Source of the DNA: Lenisia limosa
Taxonomy: Eukaryota > Protista > Breviatea
NCBI GenBank assembly: GCA_001655205.1
Contig: LPNZ01009329.1
Span: 1-47,675 of the forward strand
Reading direction: 5' to 3'
DNA: 47,675 nt
A program made the translations under genes and the position numbers. Positions 24,091-37,497 of the stretch are shown here, in pieces; within the stretch, counting starts at the first letter, position 1; each line of letters starts with the position of its first letter. The notes beneath the pieces are model-generated. The model was not told where the DNA came from. It was given only the letters and a program-made list of their open reading frames with translations, and searched no databases.

Positions 24091-27000
24091 CTCATTAGAT
24101 GAATGAGCTGAGAACTTTCTCAGAGCCATTTTGGCGAACACTGCAGCCAACAGGAGACCTGGGGGTGGGATGGGTTAAAAGTGGTTGTAGACCATTGGCA
24201 AAGGAGAGAAAACACAAGATGCAAAAATAAAAGAGAGAATACACAAGAGAAACAGAGAAAACAGAAGACAAAGAGAAAAAAAAAACAGAAGATGCAAGAA
24301 TTCGAACCCACTGCCGAGAATGCCGCCAGACGTCGTCGGCGAGTCAGTGAGGAAGGTCATGAAGCCTCCACTCTCCTCCGTCTCGGGCTCAGAGGACTCC
24401 TCCTCTTGGTAGTCAATCCACTGCGAAGAACAGGAATCGCAGAGTTCTTTGGCCAAGTCTTTAGTCAGCTCCCCTCCGATCATCTGAAGTGTAAGTTAGG
24501 TTTGGGCTGAAACAAGAAATTTGTACACCAATCTGTTTGGGTAGAAACATATCATATGAAATGCTATTCTACATATTCGAACAGGAGAGCAGTAAAGATT
24601 AAGACAAACCTGGACATTTGTGAAGCCTCCAACAGGACCGTTGGACCATCCAAGAGAGAGTTTCACCACGTTATTCACAAGAGGGTACCAATTGAAGCTA
24701 GTTGTTGACACTACTAAATAAGTGGATGATGAGTAAAGTAGGTTTAAGTTCGTATTTGTGGAGTAAAAACGTGTCTCCTTAACCCTAACAACTTAATAGA
24801 AAAGTATGACATTTGGCTGACAGAAGATCTATCAAGGACACATACCACATGGCAGTCCTTTTTTATCCCCTCATACTTGTGTCAGTCAGGTACATTTCAA
24901 TGTACTTGTTGTTGACATAGAGGAAAGGAAGACCCACTTCTGAGATTTGCATTGCTAAAGTGTGAAGCACTTTGAAAATCCATGTAAGTTGTCAAACAAA
25001 TTCAATATAAGTTGCATGACTAATGGAATTCAAGGTAGGTAGGTGGTATCTTTTGTCTCTAATGAAAAAAGTGTCTCAACGCTCACAAAAATGAACCCAT
25101 TCTGTTGAGAAGAGTTCTTCGGATATCCCAGAAAAGGTGAAGTTTAAGCTTTCAGCAACAATATCGCCATTGTAAGTGATCGCAAATCGGTCAGAAAGGA
25201 GGACAACAGACGTGGTAGTGTCTCTACTCCTAAAATGTTAAAGGAATGACAACTTATGTTTTGAAAAAGAAAACGCAATATCCGCTTACTCGAAGGAGAA
25301 TATACTGACCATCTTGAAATCGTCGCTAGTCCACACAACGGACACAAAAGAGGAAACAATGAGGTTGTTGATATTGTGCTGATGGGATCAGAAAATGATA
25401 CAGTAAAATATGGTCGCCTTCTTGACTCACCATTTTAAGCCATTCCTCAGATTGGCTTGGGGTGGAGGAAATCTCAACAGAAGCCTGAAAAATAAACTAC
25501 AAAGAAGACAATGGAGTACAAATGAGAGTAATCCAGCTTAAAACAATCAACATTTGCTATAAGTGAATCATGAAGGTTGAAAACTCACCCCAGCGTCAAT
25601 TCTAAGACCGTCACAGTCTCCAGAGTCTGAGTCCAGGTTTGTTATTCCATTGCCAGAGATTACAACTTCATTCTAAAGAGTCAAAACAGTAATAACTACA
25701 AAGAATGGATGTTAACGAAGGCTTACCTCAAAGTAACCCTTATCTTGTCCGTAGCCTTTCTTGTTCTTGCGTGAGAAAGACCATTTTCCGATGTCAACAG
25801 AATCAACCTGAAGAATGTCACAATATCACGAGGATACCCTCCAGTCCGATTCAATATTTATTAACAGTGCAGTAATAAAAGCCCTAATCATAACTTCAGC
25901 AATGAACAATCAATCAGAGCCGCCAAGCCAACCTGTCCCAGAGAGTAGGAAACTGACTTCATCCCAGTGAACGTATTGTAGATAGTAAGACTGTGGGCGC
26001 CAGGCTGAATGGACTGGAAATGTTACCTCAAGCCTGAGATTCATACGAAAAAGAAAGCAACTTGCCAAAATATGGTAATTTGATAATAAAACAATGGACA
26101 AAGCAACATACTTCGGTTTCTGGAATGCTGTGGAAGACAATGATGTCCTTGTCATCTTCCTTCTTTGCGCTCATTGACGTCACATTAACGCCCGCATATG
26201 TGGCAATAAAGGATACCTCCTCGATATCGAGATCGTCAGACTCAGAAGACAAAACTAGACCATAGCCGTGCACCTTGGGTGATCAGTTTATCACAAAAAC
26301 CGCAAAAAGAGGAAATGACCTGATATTTTTTGTAGCAAATAAGCCAGTGGAATGCTCACTTTAAAGGACTTGGGTTTAAAGAAATTGGCCTTCTTAGGGA
26401 GTACTGCGGATATGACACCTTCTTTTTCTCTCTCAGGATCATCAAATCTGCAGAAATGCGAGAAGTTGGATTCCCCACTGTCTGTCGTGGCAATGTTGTC
26501 GCTCTGTGTGGTAAAATCATCCAATTATTTCCCAAAAGAGCACCACAACTAACCCTAGCCAACCTTGAAATTCCCAGAAATGGTAATGTTTGTGTTTGTA
26601 GCTGTGCCGTCAGGACAGTAAACACCTGCCACCGTGCTTCCGTAGTTGTCGATAATGTCCGTATCCTCCAGAGTAACCTGTGGAGTCATTAAAAAGGAAA
26701 CAAAAAGTGACAATTGAATGGGGACACACCGGGAATTCAAAGGGCTCAAGCGAAGTTGCAGTTATGACGAAGTAAATGGCACCACCTTTGTCGGATGCAA
26801 CATTGTATTTAACCTTGGGAGTCACAAATAAAAGAATAAAAAAAAAAGAGAGATGATTTAAATTACGAACCTTTGTAGCCTCAATGTAAAGGTTTTGGTT
26901 ATCAAGAAGCTCTAAAGAGTGTAAGTTGTGCTTAACACCATATGATATTATCTAACGATACTGTTCTTTGACATGAGAAGAATTTATTGGACACATTCAT

Positions 27001-28665
27001 TGCAAGTAATCAAAAGTAACAAGCCATTCACATACCGGAGTTGACAATGGAAAAAGCCAATGCAGCCCCAGAATCGGCGATATTCTGCTCAAAGGAGCTG
27101 TCATCAATTGCAATGGATGCACCCTTCGCGAAAATGCCGCCACCGAACTGGGCCTCATTTTGATTGAACAACGTGTTTTCAATTTGCGAAAAGACATTTA
27201 GCTAAACGCATTAGTGCACTTTTTGACAATTTTAGAGAAAGAAAAACAGAGCAGTGTAATTTTCAAGTCAAAAACATCACAAAAGAAGGAGTTAAGGTTA
27301 AAGAAAAGGGACAACACAACAGCTAGAACGTACCTTGTTGACAGAAGGAAACATGATGGCTCCACCTTGGTTAGCCGCCTTGTTTCGAGTGAAAGTGCAG
27401 TCTGTCAGGAACACCTGGGTGCCATCTGTGACCGGTGAACAAGAGTCCATAAAACATACACCACGACACTGTGACAAGTCTTGGCCGATTTTTCTGAGTT
27501 TCTGTCAGTCAAGACTTGACACGCACTTTATATTAATCATAAATCGGAATCCTGGAAACTCAACCCCTAAAGGCCATTTAAACTACAAAAAAAAAAGCTA
27601 ACTAGCACGGAAATAAGAGTTAATGTTCAAGATTTTGTCTCCTAATTTTTTCAACAAAATAAACAATACCCCCCCCCCNNNNNNNNNNNNNNNNNNNNNN
27701 NNNNNNNNNNNNNNNNNNNNNNNNNNNNNNNNNNNNNNNNNNNNNNNNNNNNNNNNNNNTGATGTTGGCCACATTCTCCGTGAAATGGCACTCCACAAGT
27801 GTCAGCACATCTGCAAGGTGAGGAAAGGGTAGTTAGTGACAAGAAAGGCAAAATTGCAAACTTGAATTTTGAATTGCGCCTCCATTGGATGCTGAATTAT
27901 TGACGAAATAAGACTTCTCCAGATAAGCTGGGCTGTCTGTGGTAAGGCCACATCCGTTCTACAAGGGTGAATACTCTGGAAGAAAGCAAATGCGTAACTA
28001 TTACTTTTATCGTGTAATTTTGCACAAAAAAATAATTGCCTTGATATATGAACAGGAAAGCAGCTGTTGATACCCCCATTTTCTCAAAGGAGGACAGGAG
28101 GAGAAAAAATCGGTTTTGTGTCTTTACATATAAAAAATGCGACAGTAATTCAGAAACCAAAACCAAAACCACAATTGACCTAAACTTTAAAAAATATCTT
28201 CATGTAAAGAAGAAAACTAAAGGAAGCTCTGGTTGAACAGGGATACATTATGCAGAGAAAAAAGCAGACATGCCAACATACCATCAATGTGCAGCGATTA
28301 TCCGCAAACTTGAGGCCGGTGCCCCAAAGTGTAACACCAGTCAAAACTAAAGCCTTTTCACAGTTGGTGACTGATAAGTCGAAGAGAAAGAGTTCTCCTC
28401 CCTCGGACGAATAAAACTCAAAGCCTCTTCTCTCATTTGGACATGAGAATATGCCACCATGTAGCTCTACTACTTTGTCTCCAATATCCAACTGCTCAAT
28501 AACCAATGGGTACACCTCATTGGAAAAAATAAAAGACACAAGCTTGTCAGTAGTATCTAGTCCCTTAATTATAGATTCTTGTAGTCCAACTCCTCTAGAA
28601 ACATGGATATTCTTCGAACAGGCTCCCAGGAAGAGAATCAACAAGACAAAATAAGAAAGTCTCAT
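24091..28665 (-). CDS. Type I membrane protein: signal peptide, right-handed beta-helix with polymorphic-membrane-protein (FxxN/GGAI) repeats, possible LamG/ConA-like segment, acidic stalk, TM helix
   Basis: MRLSYFVLLILFLGAC signal. Repeats: YFVNNSASNGGAIQ; CHFTENVA; CTFTRNKAANQGGAIMF; LFNQNEAQFGGGIFAKGASIAIDDSSFEQNIADSGAAL; NVASDKGGAIYF. Later RFAITYNGDIVAESLNFTFSGISEELFSTEWVHF (LamG-like W-x-H-F). Stalk YQEEESSEPETEES; TM GGILG|SLLLAAVFAKMAL followed by RK. Confidence 0.8.
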
Positions 28666-28932
28666 TATATGTTCCTAGGAATATATCATCTAATTAATAA
28701 GTATAACTTGAAATCATATCTCAATATCTCAATCAATAACTCTGGGGCTTTTCTTTTTGCTTAACAAGGAGATCCTGAAGATCCTAATCCTTGTTTGTTT
28801 TTGTTTTTTCCTTTGTCTCCTCTTCTCCTCTTGTATGGCTTTATATCAGTGTATTTAAGTATTTAAAGATAATCAACTGCTTAACTGCAGGCTACAGCAA
28901 TGAACACCAGAGCTTAGATCAGTAACCGTTTG

Positions 28933-28986
28933 CACAAGTTAGGGCGATTCCTGCTAGCCACACAAGTTAGGGCGATTCCTGCTAGC
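28933..28986. repeat. 28-bp-period tandem duplication in a divergent promoter region
   Basis: cacaagttagggcgattcctgctagc exact at 28933 and 28961, ending ~35 nt upstream of ATG 29021. Confidence 0.85.
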
Positions 28987-29020
28987 AAACAAGAGACTTT
29001 GCACAAATCAGAAAACCAGG

Positions 29021-32000
29021 ATGAGTGGGCCATATAGCTCAGCGAGAACACCTGCCCCCACAACACCCCACGCCAACTCTTATTTCTTCAGATCCCAACC
29101 GTTTGCGGGTGTATTGCATTATATTGTTGTGTTTTTTTTCTCTAACAAGGACACAATAATCAGGATACTTGTACTTATTTTACTGCAACAACGATGATAT
29201 TTTAGCTCGACAGCAACGCCAACCAGAGGAGCTCTTCCGTCATCTTACACAACGCCTGTCCAACAGCCGCAGCAGCAACCAACAACCCCAGCTTTCCTTG
29301 GAAGACAGAACTTCGGTAGGCTGACCAGCATACACTTTATATGATGATGAATACGAAATATTCTACATTCACAGTGTAAGCAATCACGTTTACCGCTTCA
29401 GCCCCGCCACCACCGCGCGCTGACCCTGCTCCGTCAAGGCCCGAACAGAGAAATGGTAGGCATCCCTACCCTGCTTTACATTTTGGGATTCACTTTGGTT
29501 CGAAAAAAAGACTGAATTTCTCGATAAATCCTCTAAAACTATCGATATTTCACTGAATTGCTTTTTGTTCGATGCATAATCCCATCAACTTATTCCCTAT
29601 TTTGTCGCTTTTGATTGTGTAGAAACCCTCTCAATATCTTCGCCGCCACCAAGTTCAGTATCAAACCCTCCACAAAGGTGAGTTGGTTGATCCAGTTTCG
29701 TCTCGATTTCAAAAAAAGATTATCTCTTCTTGAGTATTTTTTTAAGCGTATATTTTGAAGTGCTGTGGTTAGTCTAAACCAAACCAATACCAAATTCTTT
29801 ATTCATTTATCTTAGAACTACAAGACAACTCTCAATGTCCTCTCCAGGCAGGTCTGTCAGATCTCCTTCTCCTGCCCCTGCTTCTCCCATGGTTGGTTTT
29901 TATTTATATTTCTAGGATACAATTTTGAAGAAAAACTTCCATGGTCTTCTCACCCCCTTTTACCCATAGTCCACTCCGCGAGACCCCCAAATAGCAAGTC
30001 CAAGCTCAACTGGCACGGGTTTATCAGCGGCCATGTCACCGCGAAGGTAGGTTACCTTTAGGGTTTCACTTCGGTTTGAGAAAGAACGCTCCAATAGTTT
30101 TCGAGGATTTATCGAGAAATTCAGTCTTTTTTCGAACCGAAGTGATATACTAGTTGCCTTCATGACATCCGAACTCCAACAAGAATCATCTTTTTTTTTT
30201 CGTATACTATATCTATAATATAGTATACTATATATATATATATCTATATAGTATATCGATATATGATATATCATATAGTATGGGATCTAAGAAGATGTAG
30301 GTACCATCCTACCGGATTCAGTTTTTTTTTTTTGAAAACCAACTTTTTTAAAGGAGTTTCTTTTTTATCTCGAGAGAAACAGCATTTTTTACAGCAAATA
30401 AAAGAATAGCCCCGGTCAGGCTTGGGTTTTAACGCAGATCAGTCAACTGTAAATGAGGGGGGTTTTTTCACGTCTCCACACCTTGTATATATGTATATAT
30501 GTAGATGTATATATATATACTCNNNNNNNNNNNNNNNNNNNNNNGGTCATTCCAAGTGTTTCATTTTAACAACTTGTATTTTTTTTTCTCACCCACCAGT
30601 CGAGCAAACTACGTTGGGGACTATTCAATGCCGGGGTCGGCCAGTGACGTAATCGAAATGTCACCTATTGATGAGGAGGCTGAAACCCCTCCTAGTATTC
30701 TGTCCCCTACTGGTGAGTGCTGAACAACTCTTGCATTCCTAGGGTGTTTTGTTTTGTTCAATTTTCAATTTCATTCTTTGCCAGACATACATTAACGATG
30801 CAGGTAACCAGTTTATTACAATTGCGGCACAAAGTCCCATGGTCAGTTCATTGGCACTTTTTTGTTTTTGCTAATTTATTTTTGGTAATGATCATAATTT
30901 ATTATTACCGTTCTAAAGATTATCACTGGATTCTCTTCTTCCACCGACGTTTTGATTGTATTAACCCTCAGCGTTCATCGCATTACTTCGTTTTACTCCC
31001 CAGCGGCGAGACCTGACCATCCAACAAGTGACTGCGTTATCCCAAGACATTTCGACCGGTCCAAGACCTGACGTGTATGCATTCTTCATGCTCGTATTAC
31101 CCATCACTATTTGGGTTTCTTTTGGGGGAAAAGTTTTTTTTTCTTATGACGAATAGGCCTTCCCCCAGTAAATCCAGCAAGCTTCTGGGCAAACTTGGAA
31201 AGAAGGAAAAGAAGCAAAAACGTAAGCAATTCGATTTCAAGAAGCCGTATCACCTTTTTGTTATCTCCTAATTCGTCCAACTCTGCTATTTAGGTTGAAT
31301 ATGTAACAATTGTCAAATTTTCATACAGCACTTATCCACCAGACAACCGACTGATGTTTGATCGCCCTCTGGCTCTCAACAATGCCCACCACATGTTACC
31401 GCTTGAATTGGCTCAGTTGGTCAATTCCCAACATTTTAGTGATGTCACGTTCGTTGTTGAAGGAAAGGTCTGTGGCTTCTTTTTGTCTGAAAATTTTGTT
31501 TTGATTGTAATTCTGGAAAAGAAATGTAAAAGAAAACTGGAGGGGGTCTTTTCTGGGAATGAATAATGGAAGTAAAGCGTTTGTAATGAGATATCTAACA
31601 TGAAACCACCACCTTAAGCGTTTTTCAACTCATGTTCTTTAGCCTATTTATGGGCATCGGTGCATCCTTGCTGCAAGGTGTGTTCTCATTGATCCACTGC
31701 AAGCTTGTTTCTTCTTTCACTCTTTCTAGGTGTCAGCACTTTATCAAGATTTTCAGTCAGAGTCCAGACCCCAAAGTGGACATTCATATGCCAGACATTA
31801 GAGCCCCAGTGTTTCTTGCGATTCTTCACTTCCTTTACACGTGAGATTTTTATATGTAAACTTCATACCGATACTCCCGAGAGAATTGCTGACCCTTATA
31901 GTGATCGAGTGTCTATCATGGCAGAGATGGCGGCTGATCTCTACATTGCTTCAGATGATTTTGGTATTTTCTCTCTTCGGGCGGTGAGGGGGATCGTTTA

Positions 32001-32926
32001 GACCCCATGATGCCTGAAGTAGTTTGTCTCTCATTGAATCCATGAAACTTCTTTTCTAGAGATACCTGGTTCACTCGTTTTAGATCTGCCAACGACTCCT
32101 CAATTACTCAATTTCTGTCGAAAATGTGGCGTGGACTCTTCACAGTGCTGAGCGATTGGTAGGATCAGCGCTATCATTATGAGCATACTTTTTTTTTGGG
32201 GGGGGGTGTTTCGCTTTTCTCTCTTGACTTCTCAGAACATTCCAATGCTGAAGGATCGCTGTCTGCAGTACATCAGTATGTATTTCGATGACGTCATTAA
32301 GGTCTGTACGGCCCTTGTACTTCGCTATTATAGTATTCACAAGAAAAAACCTCTTACTCTTTTTCCAACTCTAACAATGTTATTATTTCATAAATCATAA
32401 CATCTCGAAATAATTAGTCGTCTTTAATTGACCTAGACTGAGGGATTCCTTATGCTTCCTCGTGCCCTTCTTGTTGAGGTTCTAAAGAAACGGGGAGGCG
32501 AAAGCGATGATGAAGATGGAGTATGATGGCAGTTTTGTATGACGTCCCCCTTTCTTATAAGGTTATAACTATAAACTTGTCGGAAAACTCTGTTTTGGGC
32601 TAATGCTCTAGGGAAGGAAACGCAAAAAGAAGGACCGAAGTAGCAAGAAAGACAAGAAAGATAGCAGTGATCTTGATAAAAGACGGCAGCAATGGGAACG
32701 CCAGAACTCAGCTTATGACGGACACGGTGGTGGCTACGGAGGGCCCCAGGAAGGTTTGCAACACTAGCCCCATAAATTTGCTGCAGGAATACTATTAAAA
32801 ATGATGGTCAAGCTAGTTTTTTTTTTTGTTGTATTTTCTTTTGAAACGCCAGGCGGACCCGGATATGGCAGGGGCCCAGCACCGCACCCAGGGAGGCGAG
32901 GGCCCTCCCCCCAACGACGAAGATAG
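29021..32926 (+). CDS. BTB/POZ-BACK domain protein with long Ser/Pro/Gln-rich N-terminus and basic/Gly-Pro-Arg-rich C-terminus
   Basis: LAQLVNSQHFSDVTFVVEGK|PIYGHRCILAAR|CQHFIKIF...VFLAILHFLYT|DRV...LYIASDDFGIFSLRA|ICQRLLNYSISVENVAWTLHSAERL|NIPMLKDRCLQYISMYFDDVIK|TEGFLMLPRALLVEVL is a canonical BTB plus BACK. Then GRKRKKKDRSSKKDKK...GGPGYGRGPAPHPGRRGPSPQRRR-TAG at 32926. Confidence 0.9.
29484..29584. mobile_element. ~100-bp MITE-like element (intronic)
   Basis: tgggattcactttggttcgaaaaaaagactgaatttctcgataaatcctc...aatccca; same core in reverse orientation. Confidence 0.7.
30059..30152. mobile_element. ~100-bp MITE-like element (intronic)
   Basis: TIRs tagggtttcacttcggtttgagaaag / ctttttcgaaccgaagtgatatacta; TA ends; lies ~10 nt after a gtaggt donor. 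Confidence 0.8.
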
Positions 32927-33029
32927 CTGTCATGGTTTTGAGGTTGTATTTTTTTAAAAAAATATTCAATTGTTTTTTTTTGTTTTTTTGTGTACCCAAT
33001 CTGTCATATACAATGAAGTTTTATTTTTT

Positions 33030-36000
33030 TCCAGATTAAAGGAACAACATAGCTACATCAAATTTCATTCACACAACACAATAATAAATAATAGGGACAC
33101 TAGAGGGGCAAAGTCTGAATGATACCTGCTATTGAGCCCACCAAAAGCCCACTTCTATGAGGGAGAAACGCGATAGTTTGGATACCAGGGTTGTGGACCT
33201 ATAAGGTGAGAATCAAATCATAGAAGAAGCATATGATCTACATATCATATACAAATGATATGATAATATATTATCTTATCTCATACATATCGATATATCA
33301 TATGATACATCGAACCATTTATAAGGTTGTGTCCCTAAAAAAAACATTTACTAATTAACAGACCTTTAGTTCCCTGATACAATCGCCAGTCTCAGTCAAA
33401 TAGACGTACACGGAGTTGTCGAAACACGCGACTGCATAAAGCTGTCCATTGTCGCTGATTGCAACAGTGTTGGCCTTGGATGGTGAAAACAGAGGGAAAT
33501 GCGAGAGCCTTGAACGAAATGAACGTGAAAACAACACCAGGACCCACCCAGGAAGCAAGGTTTGTGTGGGCCATGATGTGCTTGGCCGTTTTTCCGTCCC
33601 AGGTCTGGACTTTCCGGTCCCTTCCTACTGACACCACCAAGCCGTCTCGACCAACAGCCACGTCTAATCGATATGATAGAAAGTTAAGAAATTCAACGGT
33701 TCAACTTGCCCTGGCAAACCAAGAATGAAACCGTCATGCGCTTTGACCACCTGGAGGGGATGTGTGTTCTGAAGGATGAGGTTAAGGATGCCTAATTAAT
33801 GATAAATGAATGAATATTTGGAGGAAAGAGAAAAATGCATCTTAAAAGACAACTGTGGTCATCAAAATGATAGATCCATACGATCTAAAGATCTATGCCA
33901 ACCTCAGGATCGGTTACATCCCAATAACGCAAAGTACCGTCAAGACCGGCGGAAAGCAGTCGCCTACCAGAGGGGAGGAACTTCACACACTGTGGAAATG
34001 TAAATTTTGCATATTTGGAGAATATTACCCAAGAGAGTCTAAATTCCGTTACCCTATACAAGCCCATCACCTTAACCCAATTGTCATGACCCTTGAGAAC
34101 TGAAACGCAAATCCCAGTTTCGATTTCCCAAATCTGTGGTGTCAAAAACGAAAAACACAAGAATGTGAACGTTTCTTCCTTAACATAAGACTTTCGTTAT
34201 CTCCGACCAACACACCCGAATGGTCCTATCCATTGAGCACGTAGCAAGGTAGCCATTGTCTGGTGACACGTCACAAGACATTATGCTGTCTTCATGGCCT
34301 CTCAGCGTTTGCAAGACTTCTCCTGCAGATAAGTTAAGACACGTTCAATGAGATAAATGATCTTCAATGAGGAAGCCATCACAAGGCTCTTGCCCACAAT
34401 ACCAGTTTTTGCATTCCAGATGAGGGCAGTTTGGTCAAAAGATGCAGTGATCACTTTGGTCTCTTCACAGGCAAAACAAGCAGTCTAGTTGAATAACTAA
34501 GTAAACCATATAGAAAACGCTTTTGCTCTGAAACCCACAAACAACAACAATGGACATGTGTTCATGGAACTGGGCCAATTTTTGCTTATCTGAGAAAATT
34601 TAGGAATGGAATCAAATGAAGAAAAACCTACTTCTGATATCATAGATACAGGCAACTCGGTCGTATCCGGAGGTCAAAATCAGGTTGGGATTAATTGAGG
34701 AGAATTTGATCGATTTTATTCCGTGGGGGTGAGCCATGAAGGATCGTGGGAAAATGAAAATATCACTTGAAGCGAAAAGGGCATCTGTGACTCTTATTTT
34801 GAGTACCACCTGTCGATGTGGTCGATGTTGTCGGCCCTGATAAGTAAGTTAAAAGCAAGTTATGTGAGGTACTAGTGCCCCTATAATTACTTCTTCACTC
34901 ATCATCACACATTTATTGAGAATATGAGAATACTAAATTACCTTCGATATTCCTCTCAAGGACTTCTTGAAGACATTCTCTGGAAAATTTAAAATAATAT
35001 AACAGAGACTAATAACATATTATGTTAATCAGCCAATCATAACCTTCAAAGAAATCAGGAGCAAAGTCCAGAGCCTTTTCAAAAAGTGGCAGGGTTGCAT
35101 GAATGAAAGAGGAGGCTTGATTGTGCATAGAGGTAGCATACTGAAGGTATATTGACTAAATTGTTAACACAGGGTATGAGCAGATGATGCCCACTTTATC
35201 TGACACAAGCTCGGCAATAGCTAACAGAGTTATAATTGTAATTTGGACCAGGATGATATGGTCGAGAATAGACTCCAACAATAAAATGGAGCGAATCTAG
35301 AAAAAGATTAGATATTTTATGGTCTTCCAAAATAAGGAATGTGAATGAACAAACAATCTTCCGAAAAAAGAGGGTTATACCAACCTTTTCTTGATCGGAT
35401 GACAAGTGCACAGCAGTTGCATTTGCTGATTGGGTTATGGAACTCCCGTTGGATTCAGAAAAACCACCACTCACTTTTTTCAGAGAATGTGATACCTTTT
35501 CTATGAGACCCAACTGTTGGTTGAGAAAGGGACATCTAAGCAGTCATAACAGCTTGGTGATTGGACGGTTTCACGGCAGAACGTCAATATTATTCAGATC
35601 ATACAGTATACTCTAGTATTACGATTGTTGATAATTAGGAACAGTTGCATTACCTCATCACTGGAAGTTTCAGATACAGCTGAATGCGTATGCGCAGTCT
35701 AAAGAGAAAAGGATAAACAACGACGGAAATAAATCAAGGAGAGAAAGTCCTACCAGGTTGCCCGATATGGAGTGGTGCTTGAGTCCGAAAACGCTCTCGG
35801 GTGTGCGATATCCGCTTGTTGGTGTACCCCTAATTGTTACAGTAAAAAAAAGAAGTCTCGAATGATTGCCAGTAAGGCAACCTGTACTACTCAAAACTGC
35901 CACATTTCCCCAACCCACCTTGGAGATCTTCCCGTTAGTTTGTGCTCTTTGTCCTCAGGCCGGACTTTGTCCATCTGCAAAAGGTTAAACAGTAATCATG

Positions 36001-37405
36001 GAGCACTCAATGATCTCAGTACTTTTTTTCATTGTATTTGACCCCCATTGACCTGTCGTCTTTCAATCATTGCGTCAAGCTGGTTGGTAATCTTTTTGAG
36101 ACCACTCAACGCTATTCCATGGCAAGACTCCAAAATGGGGATCAGCTAAAGGGTTAATCTCTGTTCAGAAATATTGGACGCCGCCAAGAAATAATGCCAA
36201 GAAATACCTGCTGAATGTTCCTGTGGATATTTGAGTCAGGGTTGTTGACATGCTGTTTGAACGTAGCGCCCATCCTAACTTCTCTTTTGCTGTGGTAATG
36301 AGAGACAACTGTATCCCCCCCCTTTAAAAATTTGTGAAAAAAACCGTTGATGAACAACAGACCATAAATGTATATATCTATCGATATATATGTGGTTTAT
36401 CCTTCAAAGCCCACCCATTTTGGAGCCATAAGTGTAGACTGTCAACAACATCTGTGAAGGTAGCAACAATATCGCTTTTCAAAAGGGCCTTATGGCCCAA
36501 AACTTGAAACCTGCAATGTTAATATGGCAAACATCAATGTTTTTTAAAAAATCATATCACTTTTTGAATCATTTTCACACGTGTGAACCATCATTTTCCA
36601 CGCAGTGATATGATACTTCATATCCACTCGTATGATAATTGCCCGACAAGTATCAATGATACTCTGATACACTCGGGGTGAACCCTCGTGTTATCTTCTT
36701 TCATCATTTCGACTCGAAAGTCGGTATATGATTATATCACTAGTGGATATGGGTTAAAATTCTTCAGAATAAAAAAAAAAAGCCGAACTTGCTCACGAGC
36801 TATCCTCCAAAGACACCATTCTGAAGAGGTTTGTCAACGACGGTGGCATGGCCGTTTGGGCAAGGTCACTGAGAACATTGAAGTGTTTCAAAATAGTGTA
36901 GGAGTTCGGCCCAACCACTAGAGAATCAGAGCTGGAGTGCACAGAGTGTAAGGCAAATGATTGGGTGAATAAATATTATACTATAATCCAATATCTCTAA
37001 AAAGCGTGATGGTGATACATCCTTATTGTTTTATTTCTAATATATAGAATCAGAGCTATCACATATTAGATTCAAACCATGAGGCGGATGTGAAGCAGCA
37101 TTTGCTGGGTCTGGCTTTGCCTCTTCCATTCTAATTTTAATGTCAGCTTGAATAGACACGGTTACATTGTTACAACTGATTGATTTGTTTTGGCAACTTC
37201 CACCACTTCAACCTTGCTAAAAAAAATATCCAAATGTGTATGCACCAAGTATGCACTCTCTCGCACTCTCGTTATGTAGTAACTATAGATGTTATCACAG
37301 AAAAAGTCTGGAAAAAGTGCCATTGGAGGAGTGAGAAGGGCCCATAGAGCACGCACGGCGGCGGCAACTTTTTGTGATAGTGGTGATGGTGTCCCAACTT
37401 GGTCC
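33030..37405 (-). CDS. WD40-repeat protein (about 7 blades in 33030-34850) with an uncharacterised N-terminal region
   Basis: MAHPHGIKSIKFSSINPNLILTSGYDRVACIYDIR; VITASFDQTALIWNAKT; LRGHEDSIMSCDVSPDNGYLATCSMDRTIR|IWEIETGICVSVLKGHDNWVK|...RRLLSAGLDGTLRYWD; VSVGRDRKVQTWD; NTVAISDNGQLYAVACFDNSVYVY. Upstream exons (34940-37405) are open and splice-bounded, but joining them and placing the start is uncertain. Confidence 0.8.
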
Positions 37406-37497
37406 ACCAGAAAGGCTAAAGAAAGAAAGAAACAAATAAACATAACATAAGCGAATAAAACGGGCCGAAAAGAAGCAAAACCACTAAAAATTCCATT

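Noticed and set aside
28618-28665. Bacterial lipoprotein (lipobox LGAC) or bacterial contamination of the PMP-repeat gene
   Set aside because: The gene has many spliceosomal introns and eukaryotic neighbours; an ordinary signal peptide explains the motif.
32714-32800. Short ORF ending PINLLQEYY resembling a dsRBD start
   Set aside because: It stops immediately and overlaps, in another frame, the C-terminal exon and intron of the BTB gene.
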